The notes under the pieces: model-generated
What the model was told of the DNA's origin: nothing
Database searches by the model: none
What the model saw: only the letters and a program-made list of their open reading frames with translations
Made by a program: the position numbers and the translations under genes
Part shown: positions 47,748 to 56,795 of the stretch, piece by piece
Layout: the number at the start of each line of letters is the position of its first letter
How positions within the stretch are numbered: position 1 is the stretch's first letter
Source: Dehalococcoidia bacterium
Lineage (GTDB): Bacteria > Chloroflexota > Dehalococcoidia > Bin125
DNA length: 64,000 bases
Direction: 5' to 3'
Assembly (NCBI GenBank): GCA_963555985.3
Contig: OY820591.1
Span: forward strand, 1,056,001 to 1,120,000

Positions 47748-48548
47748 ATGACTGAAGAACTGCGCCTACATGACGCCAGTGAACCTCGGCCCCTCAGCGG
47801 ACTCGGAGTCATCGCCTGGGGACTCGTCTGTACCGCTGCCTGGCTCATCATCATCCTGATCGCCGCCGAGATCTCCTCACAGTTCGAAGACAGACCCTGC
47901 ATCACTTCGGAAACAGAATCACTCGTCACCGAGATCTCCGCACAGCTCGAAGACAGCCTCTGCATCACTTCGGAAACGGGATTACTCGTCTTTATCGCCG
48001 GCCAAGCGATTGCCGGAATCGTCGGCTGGTTCCTGATTCCCCGCATTGTCCTGCGCCGCCGCAACCTGAATCACTTAGTCAGTTGGAGCCGACCGAAATT
48101 CCGCGACTTCGCCTGGGCCGCCGCCGGACTCGTCGCCGTCTACCTCTCGCTCTTCATCTACGTCGCCATCGTCGAGGCGTTCGGCCAAGATCAACTCACG
48201 CCCGAATCCACCATCGACGACGACAGCCTCTATCAACACACCAGCGTCATCATCGCGCTGGGAGTCTTGGTCATCCTCGCCGCCCCAATCTACGAAGAGA
48301 CCTTCGCCCGCGGCTTCGTCCTCGGCGGTCTCCGCCCCGCTTGGGGCATCCTCCCCTCCTTCTTGATCAGCGCCGCCGTCTTCTCCGCATTGCACGCCGA
48401 TCTCGGCAGCCTGATCCCCTTTGCCATCGCCGGCATCATCCTGGGCATCCTCTATCTACGCACCGACTCGTTGACCTCCCCCACGATCGCACACATCGGC
48501 TTCAACATCATCGGCTACACCGCCACCCTCCTACAGCAGCTGGCCTGA
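47748..48548 (+). CDS. CPBP (CAAX/Abi) family intramembrane glutamic endopeptidase
   Basis: APIYEETFARG (xExxxR), FSALH, AHIGFN; multiple TMs. Confidence 0.88.
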   Translation: MTEELRLHDASEPRPLSGLGVIAWGLVCTAAWLIIILIAAEISSQFEDRPCITSETESLVTEISAQLEDSLCITSETGLLVFIAGQAIAGIVGWFLIPRIVLRRRNLNHLVSWSRPKFRDFAWAAAGLVAVYLSLFIYVAIVEAFGQDQLTPESTIDDDSLYQHTSVIIALGVLVILAAPIYEETFARGFVLGGLRPAWGILPSFLISAAVFSALHADLGSLIPFAIAGIILGILYLRTDSLTSPTIAHIGFNIIGYTATLLQQLA

Positions 48549-48589
48549 GCAGAGCCTGCCGCGCAAACCCAACTCCCATCCTGCCCACA

Positions 48590-48750
48590 CCCCCACTCCC
48601 GTCATACCCGCGTCCCCAAATTCCGTCATACCCGCGCTCCGTCGCGGGTATCTCGCCGTAAACAGCACCGAGCCACAACCGACTCCGTCCCCCACTCCCG
48701 TCATACCCGCGCTCCGTCGCGGGTATCTCGCCGTGAGCAGCACCAAGCCC
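48590..48750 (+). repeat. Cluster of CGTC REP-like palindromes (one half and two full copies, 75-bp period)
   Basis: CGTCATACCCGCGCTCCGTCGCGGGTATCTCGCCGT at 48624 and 48699. Confidence 0.85.
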
Positions 48751-48847
48751 CCCGAGGATTCCGAGCCCCCCAACATCCACTCTCCGATAATCTGAGCAAG
48801 CCCCGACAAGTCGCAGCGTCCGGTGCCGCCGGATGGTAGGGGGATGG

Positions 48848-49726
48848 ATGAACCGCTACCAACAAGCCTTCGACCGCGCCCAACTCGATCACGCCGCACA
48901 CCCACTGGTCTTCCCCTTTCTCACCGCAGGCTTCCCCACACCAGACGAGACCAATGGCCTGATCGCCGCCGCCCTCAACGGCGGCGCCGCCGGACTCGAA
49001 ATCGGCGTCCCCTTCAGCGATCCTCTCGCTGATGGCCCCACTCACCAGCGCGCCTACACCGTCGCACTCGCCAACGGCGCGAACCTCGACACTGCCCTTG
49101 AAGCCGCGCGCCACGCCCGCGCCCTCAAACCCGACGCCGCCATCACGCTGATGGGCTATCTCAATCCCTTCCTTGCCTACGGCGCGTCGCTTGAACAAGC
49201 AGCGTCCGCCAAGCTCAGCCAGTCCACCGCGCAATCGGTGGGACAGCCGCTCGAACCGCTCGCCCGCGCCGCCGCCGAGGCCGGCGTCGACGGCGTCATC
49301 ATCGTCGACCTCCCGGTCGACGAGTCCGATCACGCCCGCGAAGTGCTGGCCGCGCACGGCATCGCCATGATCTATCTGCTTGCGCCCACGAGCACGCCGG
49401 AGCGGATCACCGCCGTCGCCGAACGCGCCGCCGGATTCATCTATCTGGTCAGTGTCACCGGCGTCACCGGCGCACGCGATCAACTGGCGGCCGATCTCGC
49501 TGCGGTCGCCTCCCGCGTCCGCGAAGCGACCGATGTCCCGCTCGGTATCGGATTTGGCATTACCAATCGCGCGCACGTGGAACAAGTCGGAGAATTCGCA
49601 CAGGCTGCTATCATCGGCTCAGCGCTCACGGCGACGATCGCCGATGCGCCCGCCGGCGGCCGCGAAGCCGCCGTGCAGCAATACCTCGAGGTGGTCACCG
49701 GCCGCCGGAGAGACGAGTCGGCATAA
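48848..49726 (+). CDS. trpA: Tryptophan synthase alpha subunit
   Basis: LEIGVPFSDPLADGP, LMGYLNP, DLP, LLAPTS, VSVTGVTG, GFGI, IIGSA. Confidence 0.96.
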   Translation: MNRYQQAFDRAQLDHAAHPLVFPFLTAGFPTPDETNGLIAAALNGGAAGLEIGVPFSDPLADGPTHQRAYTVALANGANLDTALEAARHARALKPDAAITLMGYLNPFLAYGASLEQAASAKLSQSTAQSVGQPLEPLARAAAEAGVDGVIIVDLPVDESDHAREVLAAHGIAMIYLLAPTSTPERITAVAERAAGFIYLVSVTGVTGARDQLAADLAAVASRVREATDVPLGIGFGITNRAHVEQVGEFAQAAIIGSALTATIADAPAGGREAAVQQYLEVVTGRRRDESA

Positions 49727-49910
49727 TGCAGGCCGCGAACCGAACCATCACCCGCGACCGCATTCAGATCCACGCTGGACAACCCGCGTTCGGATATCCC
49801 GGCTATGCCTCCGCGGCTGGCGTCTTTGTCGTTGGCCGCTGATCGCCGCTGCGATCCCAACACCCTGATCCAACTCCGACGACACGCTCCCAACGACCGA
49901 GACTCGACGC

Positions 49911-50306
49911 ATGGGTGAATCCGAAACAGAACCTGTCTGGCGCTTGCGGGGCATCCGCGGCGCCACCACCGTCGAAGCCAACACCCCCGACGCGATCTGC
50001 GATGCAACCGAAGAGTTGCTCCGCGAACTGGTCGCGCGCAATCGCATCGACGGCGAAGACGTAGCCTCGGTCTGGTTCACCACTACGCCCGATCTCAACG
50101 CCGAGTTCCCCGCCGTCGTCGCCCGCCGCAGCTTCCACTGGACCGCTGCCGCGCTCATGTGCGGTCACGAAATGACTGTGCCCGGATCGTTGCCGGCCTG
50201 CCTCCGCATCCTGCTCCACGTCAACACCACCCTCAGACAGGACGAAGTCGAACACGTCTACCTGCGCGGCGCAATCGCGCTGCGCCCAGACCTCAGTCGC
50301 TGCTAA
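49911..50306 (+). CDS. aroH: Chorismate mutase, AroH class
   Basis: [43 protein letters not shown]. Confidence 0.95.
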   Translation: MGESETEPVWRLRGIRGATTVEANTPDAICDATEELLRELVARNRIDGEDVASVWFTTTPDLNAEFPAVVARRSFHWTAAALMCGHEMTVPGSLPACLRILLHVNTTLRQDEVEHVYLRGAIALRPDLSRC

Positions 50307-50338
50307 CGCGGCTCCCCGCACAGAAAGGACCCATCCCC

Positions 50339-51388
50339 ATGCTGATTGTCATGAGCTCCGACGCCACCGACGACGACGTCCAGGGCGTCCTCGCCCGGCT
50401 CCGCAGCGAGAACCTCGAAGGCCACCTTTCCAGGGGCCACCACCAGACCGTGATCGGGGCGGTCGGCGAGGTGATCGACCCCGACATCCGCAGCGCCATG
50501 TCGCGCATGTCCGGCGTCGATGAAGTCATCGCCATCTCCCGCCCCTACAAGCTCACCGGGCGCGACTTCCACCCGCGCGACACCATCATCGAGGTCGGCG
50601 GCGTCAAGATCGGCGACGGCAACATGGTCGTCATGGCCGGCCCCTGCTCGATCGAAAACGAAGAGCACATGGTCAGCACCGCCCGCGCGGTCGCCGCGCA
50701 AGGCGCCCAGATTCTGCGCGGCGGAGCCTTCAAGCCCCGCACCTCCCCCTACGCCTTCCGCGGTCTCGGCGAGGAAGGCCTGCGCCACCTGGCGACCGCG
50801 CGCGACGAAACCGGCCTGCCCGTGATCACCGAGGTCATGGAAACCCGCGATGTCGAACTCGTCGCCCGCTACGCCGACATCCTCCAGATCGGTACCCGCA
50901 ACATGCAGAACTTCATGTTGCTCGATGAGGTTGGCCTGACCCGCAAGCCGGTCATGCTCAAGCGCGGACTCTCCGCCACCATTGACGAGTGGCTGCTCGC
51001 CGCCGAGTACATCATGTCCAAGGGCAACCACGAGGTCATCCTCTGCGAACGCGGTATCCGCACCTACGAAACCGCCACCCGCAACACCCTCGACCTCTCC
51101 GCCATCCCGGTCGTCAAGCGCCTCAGCCACCTCCCCATCGTCAGCGACCCGTCGCACGGCACCGGTCACTGGTACTTGGTCGAGCCAATGGCCCGCGCCT
51201 CCATGGCCGTCGGCGCCGACGGACTCATGGTCGAGGTCCACGACAACCCCGACCATGCCCTTTCCGATGGCCCCCAGTCGCTCACCTTCGAGAACTTCGG
51301 CCGCCTGATGGAGTCGCTTGAGCGAGTCGGCGAGGCCGTTGGCCATCGCCTGGCGCCGCGACCTCAGGTTGCTGCTGTCGCCGACTGA
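50339..51388 (+). CDS. aroF: DAHP synthase (class I beta, N-terminal regulatory domain)
   Basis: [44 protein letters not shown]. Confidence 0.95.
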   Translation: MLIVMSSDATDDDVQGVLARLRSENLEGHLSRGHHQTVIGAVGEVIDPDIRSAMSRMSGVDEVIAISRPYKLTGRDFHPRDTIIEVGGVKIGDGNMVVMAGPCSIENEEHMVSTARAVAAQGAQILRGGAFKPRTSPYAFRGLGEEGLRHLATARDETGLPVITEVMETRDVELVARYADILQIGTRNMQNFMLLDEVGLTRKPVMLKRGLSATIDEWLLAAEYIMSKGNHEVILCERGIRTYETATRNTLDLSAIPVVKRLSHLPIVSDPSHGTGHWYLVEPMARASMAVGADGLMVEVHDNPDHALSDGPQSLTFENFGRLMESLERVGEAVGHRLAPRPQVAAVAD

Positions 51389-51437
51389 TCCACCCGTCGG
51401 ACCTTTCGCCCGGAGACCACGCTCCGTCGCCGCTGAA

Positions 51438-52046
51438 CTAGCTGCCCGTGAGGGCCTGCTCAGCGGCGGCGGCTCGTTCGTCCACGGCGTAGGACTCTTC
51501 GGTCTGACTCAGCTTGCTCTCCAGTTCAAGCACGGCCGAGCCGACCGAACTCTGCATCGAGCGCAGTTGCTCGTTCAGACGCCGCAGCATCTCCAGCGAG
51601 TACCGATCAGCGGCCAGCGCCTGCTCCATCGCCGCAGTCGTCGCCTCGCCCCGCATCGCGGCCGACTCTTGAATCGCCCGCTCACGCATCGCCGTCGATT
51701 CGCGCCGCGCGCGTTCGAGTGTGTCGTCCGCCCTCGCCTGCGCCGCCAGCGACACCTCATGCGATGCGATCATCGCATCCGCGTCCATCCGCGCCTGCCG
51801 GATCAGAATCGCCGCCTCTTCTTGCGCCTGCTCCAACAACTCCTCGCGTTCGCCGACCAGCCGCCGCGCCTGTTCCGACGATGCCGGCGCAGCCATCCGC
51901 AGCCGGTCGATCAAATCGAGCAGCTCGTCCCGATCCACGCTCCAGCCCCCGCCGAAGCGGCTGCGCCGCCCGCCGAGTACGGCGGCCTCGATCTGGTCAA
52001 TGATCTCAAGCAGGTCGATCGTCGGGCTCCTCCCGCGCTGCCCCAA
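51438..52046 (-). CDS. Coiled-coil protein commonly found downstream of coaD
   Basis: VDRDELLDLIDRLR..P..ARR...EREELLEQA heptad pattern; position after coaD. Confidence 0.7.
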   Translation of the reverse strand: MGQRGRSPTIDLLEIIDQIEAAVLGGRRSRFGGGWSVDRDELLDLIDRLRMAAPASSEQARRLVGEREELLEQAQEEAAILIRQARMDADAMIASHEVSLAAQARADDTLERARRESTAMRERAIQESAAMRGEATTAAMEQALAADRYSLEMLRRLNEQLRSMQSSVGSAVLELESKLSQTEESYAVDERAAAAEQALTGS

Positions 52047-52115
52047 CGCTGAGGCACAATTCGACTCTAACGCGCTGCGGCGTCATGGCGAACGCAAGCG
52101 GCGCCCCGAATCTCG

Positions 52116-52601
52116 CTAGCGGCTAGCTGGCGGCCCGAACTTCTCTGCCAGCGCCGCCGCCACGTTCGCCGGTACCAGGTCGTCAACCGGATGATGCAGC
52201 GCCGCCAGCTCCCGAATCCGGCTCGCCGAAATGAAGAGATGCTCGTGTCCGGTCATCAGGAACACCGACTCGATGTGCGGCGCCATCTTCTTGTTCATCA
52301 ACGCCATGTCGAACTCGGTCTCGAAGTCGGTCATTGCCCGAATCCCACGCACCAACACACTCGCGCCCATTTCGTCGGCGTAGTTGACGACCAGCCCCTC
52401 AAAGTAGTTGGCGCGCACATTCGGGCAGTGCTTCGTCGCCTCAACGATCAGCGCCAGCCGCTCCTCAACCGTGAACAGCTCGCGACTGCGCCCGTAGATT
52501 GCCATCACCACCTCGTCGAACATCCCCGCCGCCCGCTGGACGATGTCAAGGTGCCCGTTCGTAATCGGATCAAACCCTCCCGGGTACAACGCGATCGTCA
52601 T
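52116..52601 (-). CDS. coaD: Phosphopantetheine adenylyltransferase
   Basis: YPGGFDPITNGHLDI, VRGIR..DFETE, ISAS. Confidence 0.96.
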   Translation of the reverse strand: MTIALYPGGFDPITNGHLDIVQRAAGMFDEVVMAIYGRSRELFTVEERLALIVEATKHCPNVRANYFEGLVVNYADEMGASVLVRGIRAMTDFETEFDMALMNKKMAPHIESVFLMTGHEHLFISASRIRELAALHHPVDDLVPANVAAALAEKFGPPASR

Positions 52602-52619
52602 CCTGCCGCTCCCTCCGAG

Positions 52620-53189
52620 CTAGGCATGGCGGTATGCATCGATTGCGCCGTCACCATAGCGCCGCTGGTCGATCCGCACTAGCCCGCCGATCCGCTCCGG
52701 CGGCGGTGTCGGCCCGGGACTACCGATCCGCCGCCGCCAGATCAAGATCGCGCCGACGTCCAGCATCCCCCGCTCATCCAGCTCTTCGACAACCGCTCGC
52801 GCATCTACCCCGTACGGCGGATCGACGAAAGCGAGATCAGCCCCGCTCACGATCCGTGAGAAACAGCGTTCCACCGGCATCCGATGCACGCGCCCGCGCC
52901 GGGTCAGCTCCAATTCGGCCAGGTTGCGCCGGATCACTGCACAGGCCGAGCCCGCGCGCTCAACAAAGTCCACCCACTCCGCTCCCCGACTGAGCGCCTC
53001 GATCCCCAGATATCCAGCTCCGGCGTAGAGATCGAGGATCGTGCCGCCCTCAACCCGCTCGCGCACTTCCGGGCGATCAAAGATCGCGCCTCGAATGATC
53101 GCCGTCGCCGGTCGAGTGCCGGCCGCCGGACTGCGCAACCGCCGCCCCGCCAGTTCGCCCCCGACCACTCGCGCCGATGATCGCGCCAC
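52620..53189 (-). CDS. rsmD: 16S rRNA m2G966 methyltransferase family
   Basis: GRRL, TRP, LDLYAGAG.LGIEALSRGA, DPPY, RRYG. Confidence 0.9.
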   Translation of the reverse strand: MARSSARVVGGELAGRRLRSPAAGTRPATAIIRGAIFDRPEVRERVEGGTILDLYAGAGYLGIEALSRGAEWVDFVERAGSACAVIRRNLAELELTRRGRVHRMPVERCFSRIVSGADLAFVDPPYGVDARAVVEELDERGMLDVGAILIWRRRIGSPGPTPPPERIGGLVRIDQRRYGDGAIDAYRHA

Positions 53190-53193
53190 CGAA

Positions 53194-54981
53194 TTATTCT
53201 CCCCCCTCTACCGGCACGTTGATCGCATGACCCACCCGCACATCGCCGTCGCTTACGATCAACCTCGCCTCGTAGTTGCCCGCCGCTCGCGGCAGCTCCC
53301 ACAACTGCCAGCCCGTACCGCTCGCGCCCGACAACGTGCCCGCCTCCACCTCGAACACCGGCGTAAACAGAATCGGGTTGGGCAGACGCAGATCCGCCCG
53401 TCCCGATTCAAAGAAGGCGGCAAGCGCAGGCCAGAGATTTGCGTTTGCGGGATCGGCTGAGGCGTTGCTCAGATACACCCCGCCGAGTTGCCATTGCTCA
53501 ACGACACGCAAACGGAACGCCGCGCTGAATCGATTCTCAATCCAGATCGTGACCGCGCTTCCGGTCTGATCCGCGAATGAGAACGTGACCACATGGTTGA
53601 CTTGATCCCAGCGCAAGCCGCTCGAGGCGTTGTCCAGCATCACCGACTCGCCCTGCAAGGTCACCCGCGTGCCCGGCCGAAACGGTCCTGGTTCGCGAAT
53701 ACTCAGAGCCGATGCGATTCCCAGAGCGGCCCGCTGAGAAATCTCGCTCAGCCCGTCGGCGCTGCGCATCACTGCGTTGGAACGCAACGCCAGCAATACC
53801 CGCTCGCGTTCCACCCGTTCCAGCAGCGTAGGCACTGATGCGGCGATTGCCGCCTCGTAGACCGTCGGATCCAAGGGCGGCTCAATCACGATGAAATCGG
53901 CTGCCGCGCCAAGCAGCGCCAAGTCGTACGCGCCCTCGCCGAACCCTCCCGATGCCGTCAGCGGGATATGCACGGCCAGTCCGCGATCATCACGGTGGAG
54001 CAGATCGGCAAGCTCGGTGATGAACGCCGTGAACTGGCTGCGCAGCGCCGGCGAGACCTGGAGGTAGTGAATATCAACCCCGTCGTAGCGCCCATTCTGA
54101 ATCGAGAACTGGATGTTCCGTATGTGCTGCTGCCGCAGGGTGTCCGAGGCCAGGATGTCGTTCACGACCTCTGCGCTGTCCTCATCGGCATACAGCGTCG
54201 GCCACACGCTCTGCGTAATCGAAGGCGCGACGAGATTGACGCCTCCCAAGAGCGACGCATCTGCGCTCGGCGTCCAACCGTCCGGGTGGACGACCGTCAG
54301 CGAGCCGGCTATATCCGCCTGCGGCTCTTCGCCTCGAGGTACCCGTCCCGCGATCACGTCGCGGAACTGAAGCCGGCGCAGAATTGCGATATTCGGCGGC
54401 GTACTGGTCAGTGTGATTCGGGCGGCAACGCCGTCGCTGGTGAGCTGCGCGGGCCCCAGCCGCACCCAGTTCTCGCCGTCCCAGGTGTAGGCGCCCAAAT
54501 TGCGCGCGTCCTGCGTCGGCGTGGAGAGACGAATCGTGAACTCAAACGGTCCGACGCGACCTGCCGGCGCCTGAAGCTCCAGAATTGGAGAGACCGCCCC
54601 GAGCACGTCGGGAATTGGAGGCAGTTCCTGTCGCAGCGTGGCTTCAAACGAGATCGGCAAGGCCACCGCAGAAGCGTCCGCCGGCGCTGCCGCCTCTGCT
54701 TCAGCTTCGGTGTCCGAGCTTTGGAGCGCGTCGAGCTCGATTAACCCCGGCTCGACAAACAGAACCACGATCGCCGCCGCGAGCAGTACGCCCAAGAGGA
54801 GCATGAGCCATACGCCGACTCCGCCGCCGCGTCGCGGACCCTCACTGCGCTGTCTCCTCGGCGGGCGCGGCGGCGGCGTGGCGGCTCGTTCCGGCCCCGG
54901 CTCAAACGGTGCTGGAGCGCTGGGGGCCTCACCCACCCGCCGAATTGGACGCGGTTCGTAACCGCCTCCCAGACGACTCAC
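53194..54981 (-). CDS. Membrane-anchored GH18-like protein, catalytic motif degenerate
   Basis: TM segment; YDGVDIHYL, AYDLALLGAAADF, TIWIEN..S...RL, LGGVYL. Confidence 0.7.
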   Translation of the reverse strand: MSRLGGGYEPRPIRRVGEAPSAPAPFEPGPERAATPPPRPPRRQRSEGPRRGGGVGVWLMLLLGVLLAAAIVVLFVEPGLIELDALQSSDTEAEAEAAAPADASAVALPISFEATLRQELPPIPDVLGAVSPILELQAPAGRVGPFEFTIRLSTPTQDARNLGAYTWDGENWVRLGPAQLTSDGVAARITLTSTPPNIAILRRLQFRDVIAGRVPRGEEPQADIAGSLTVVHPDGWTPSADASLLGGVNLVAPSITQSVWPTLYADEDSAEVVNDILASDTLRQQHIRNIQFSIQNGRYDGVDIHYLQVSPALRSQFTAFITELADLLHRDDRGLAVHIPLTASGGFGEGAYDLALLGAAADFIVIEPPLDPTVYEAAIAASVPTLLERVERERVLLALRSNAVMRSADGLSEISQRAALGIASALSIREPGPFRPGTRVTLQGESVMLDNASSGLRWDQVNHVVTFSFADQTGSAVTIWIENRFSAAFRLRVVEQWQLGGVYLSNASADPANANLWPALAAFFESGRADLRLPNPILFTPVFEVEAGTLSGASGTGWQLWELPRAAGNYEARLIVSDGDVRVGHAINVPVEGGE

Positions 54982-56171
54982 GGCTCCCGCAAGTCGGGCG
55001 CGATCATCAGCGTCCGCTCCTCGCCAAACCGATGCACCCGAACCCGCACCGGCACGTTCGGCTCCAACCTTGCCAGCACGTTGACGAATGGGTTCTCGGC
55101 ATTCACTTGCACCCCGGCCAACTCACGAATCACATCGCCCGGCCGTATCCCCGCCCGAGCAAACGCCCCGTTGCGCTTCAGCTCGATCAGGAACGATCCC
55201 TCCGTCACTTCCAAATTCAACTGTACCGCCGCCGCCGGTGTGAGCAGACGCTCGTCTACTACCCCAAAGGTCGGGCGCGGGTAGTAGCCGTCCCTGGCAA
55301 TGCCCCGCGCCACGTCTAGGACTGAATCGATCTGGATCGCGAAGCCGACGCCATCAACGAAATCGCCGTCCTTCGTCTCTCTGGCGATCACCGCGGTCAT
55401 CCCGACCACCTCTCCGTCCAATGAGACTAACGCGCCTCCGGAGTTGCCGTGATTGAGCGCGGCGTCGGTCTGAATCAGTCGTTCCTGAATCAACCGCTCG
55501 CGGAAAAACGTCGTGTCGGGGTCACTCACGATGCCCATCGTCATCGCAAGTTCCTGTCCGAGCAGAATGTTGCCAATCGCCAGCACGGTTTGTCCGACTT
55601 TCAGGTCGGCAGAGCGGCCGAACGGCGCGGCAATCAAACCGGTTGGATCCGTGCGCAGCACCGCGACATCGCTGAAGGGTTGGTCGTGGCTCACGAGCTC
55701 CGCCAAACGCCGCTCACCGTCGGCGGTAATGATCTGAATCGTTGTCATACCTTCCAGCACGTGAGCGACCGTCACGATATGTCCCGCGTTGTCCAGCACG
55801 AAGCCGCTCCCTAGCGCAGCCGGGGCGACGATCACACCGTCCTCCCGGGTTCGCTCGGGTCCTTCGGCGTCAATGATCACGATTGAGGGCGCAACCCGAG
55901 CATACGCAGCGACGATCCGATCACTGTCGCCCACGATCCCGGCCGCCATCGCTTCCGCGACGGTGGCTTCGATCATCGCTTCCGTCTCGGTTGCCGAAAG
56001 CGTTGCCTGGTACCGATCTTCCAGCGCCGCCTCCACGATCGGGCGTATGACCGCTCGCAGCGCATCCTCGTCAAGGGCCGGTTCACCGGCGCTGCTCAGC
56101 CATCCGGCGACCGCGCCGGCAAGGGCTCCCGCCACCACTGCCGTCACCGCAATCAGTAACACATGACGCAC
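54978..56171 (-). CDS. HtrA/DegP-like serine protease with PDZ domain
   Basis: GSGFV, TVAHV, DVAVL, IQTDAALNHGNSGGAL, AGIRPGDVI. Confidence 0.93.
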   Translation of the reverse strand: MRHVLLIAVTAVVAGALAGAVAGWLSSAGEPALDEDALRAVIRPIVEAALEDRYQATLSATETEAMIEATVAEAMAAGIVGDSDRIVAAYARVAPSIVIIDAEGPERTREDGVIVAPAALGSGFVLDNAGHIVTVAHVLEGMTTIQIITADGERRLAELVSHDQPFSDVAVLRTDPTGLIAAPFGRSADLKVGQTVLAIGNILLGQELAMTMGIVSDPDTTFFRERLIQERLIQTDAALNHGNSGGALVSLDGEVVGMTAVIARETKDGDFVDGVGFAIQIDSVLDVARGIARDGYYPRPTFGVVDERLLTPAAAVQLNLEVTEGSFLIELKRNGAFARAGIRPGDVIRELAGVQVNAENPFVNVLARLEPNVPVRVRVHRFGEERTLMIAPDLREP

Positions 56172-56267
56172 AGCACCCCCTGAGGCACAGAATCAGCGGC
56201 TCAATATGGTATCGTACCCGCCTGTCTGATGTCGCGCCGATGGCGCACTGCTGGTCAGGACACTCCC

Positions 56268-56747
56268 GTGGTTGTCCGACGTTCGATCCCAATCACTGCA
56301 CAGGGGTTGGAACGCCTGCACGCGGAACTCGCCGAGCTCAAGGAGCGCCGCCGCACCGCTGCACAGCAAATCCAGCAAGTGCGCGAAGATTCGCCGGGCG
56401 CGCGTGACGAGGGCGAAGGCGAAGAGACCAAGATCGAACAGGCCTTTATCGAAGGCCGCATCCGCGAAATCGAAGCCGTCATCGACAGCGCCGAGCTGAT
56501 CGACGAAGAGAAGGCCCACCAGTCCGACATCGTGCGCCTCGGCTCGACCGTCACCGTCCGCCCCAGCCGTCGCCGCAAAGACTTCACCTACACCATCGTC
56601 GGACCCACTGAAGTCGACCCCGCCAACGGTCGCGTCTCCGATGAGTCTCCGGTTGGGCAGGCGCTGCTTGGCGCAAAAGTCGGCGACACTGTCGAAGTCA
56701 ATGCCCCGAACGGCCTGCTCAAACTCAAGGTCAAGGCGATCGAGTAG
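56268..56747 (+). CDS. greA: GreA/GreB family transcription elongation factor
   Basis: ITAQGLERL..EL, EQAFIEGRI, VRLGSTV, YTIVG..E, SDESPVGQALLG; upstream of lysS. Confidence 0.88.
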   Translation: MVVRRSIPITAQGLERLHAELAELKERRRTAAQQIQQVREDSPGARDEGEGEETKIEQAFIEGRIREIEAVIDSAELIDEEKAHQSDIVRLGSTVTVRPSRRRKDFTYTIVGPTEVDPANGRVSDESPVGQALLGAKVGDTVEVNAPNGLLKLKVKAIE

Positions 56748-56795
56748 TCGTGCGCGGTCTCCGGCTCAGCGGCGGGAGGCCGCAGCCTGAGAAAC

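Noticed and set aside
48590-48750. Mini CRISPR array
   Set aside because: Only two full copies; same family as dispersed CGTC palindromes; no cas genes or leader.
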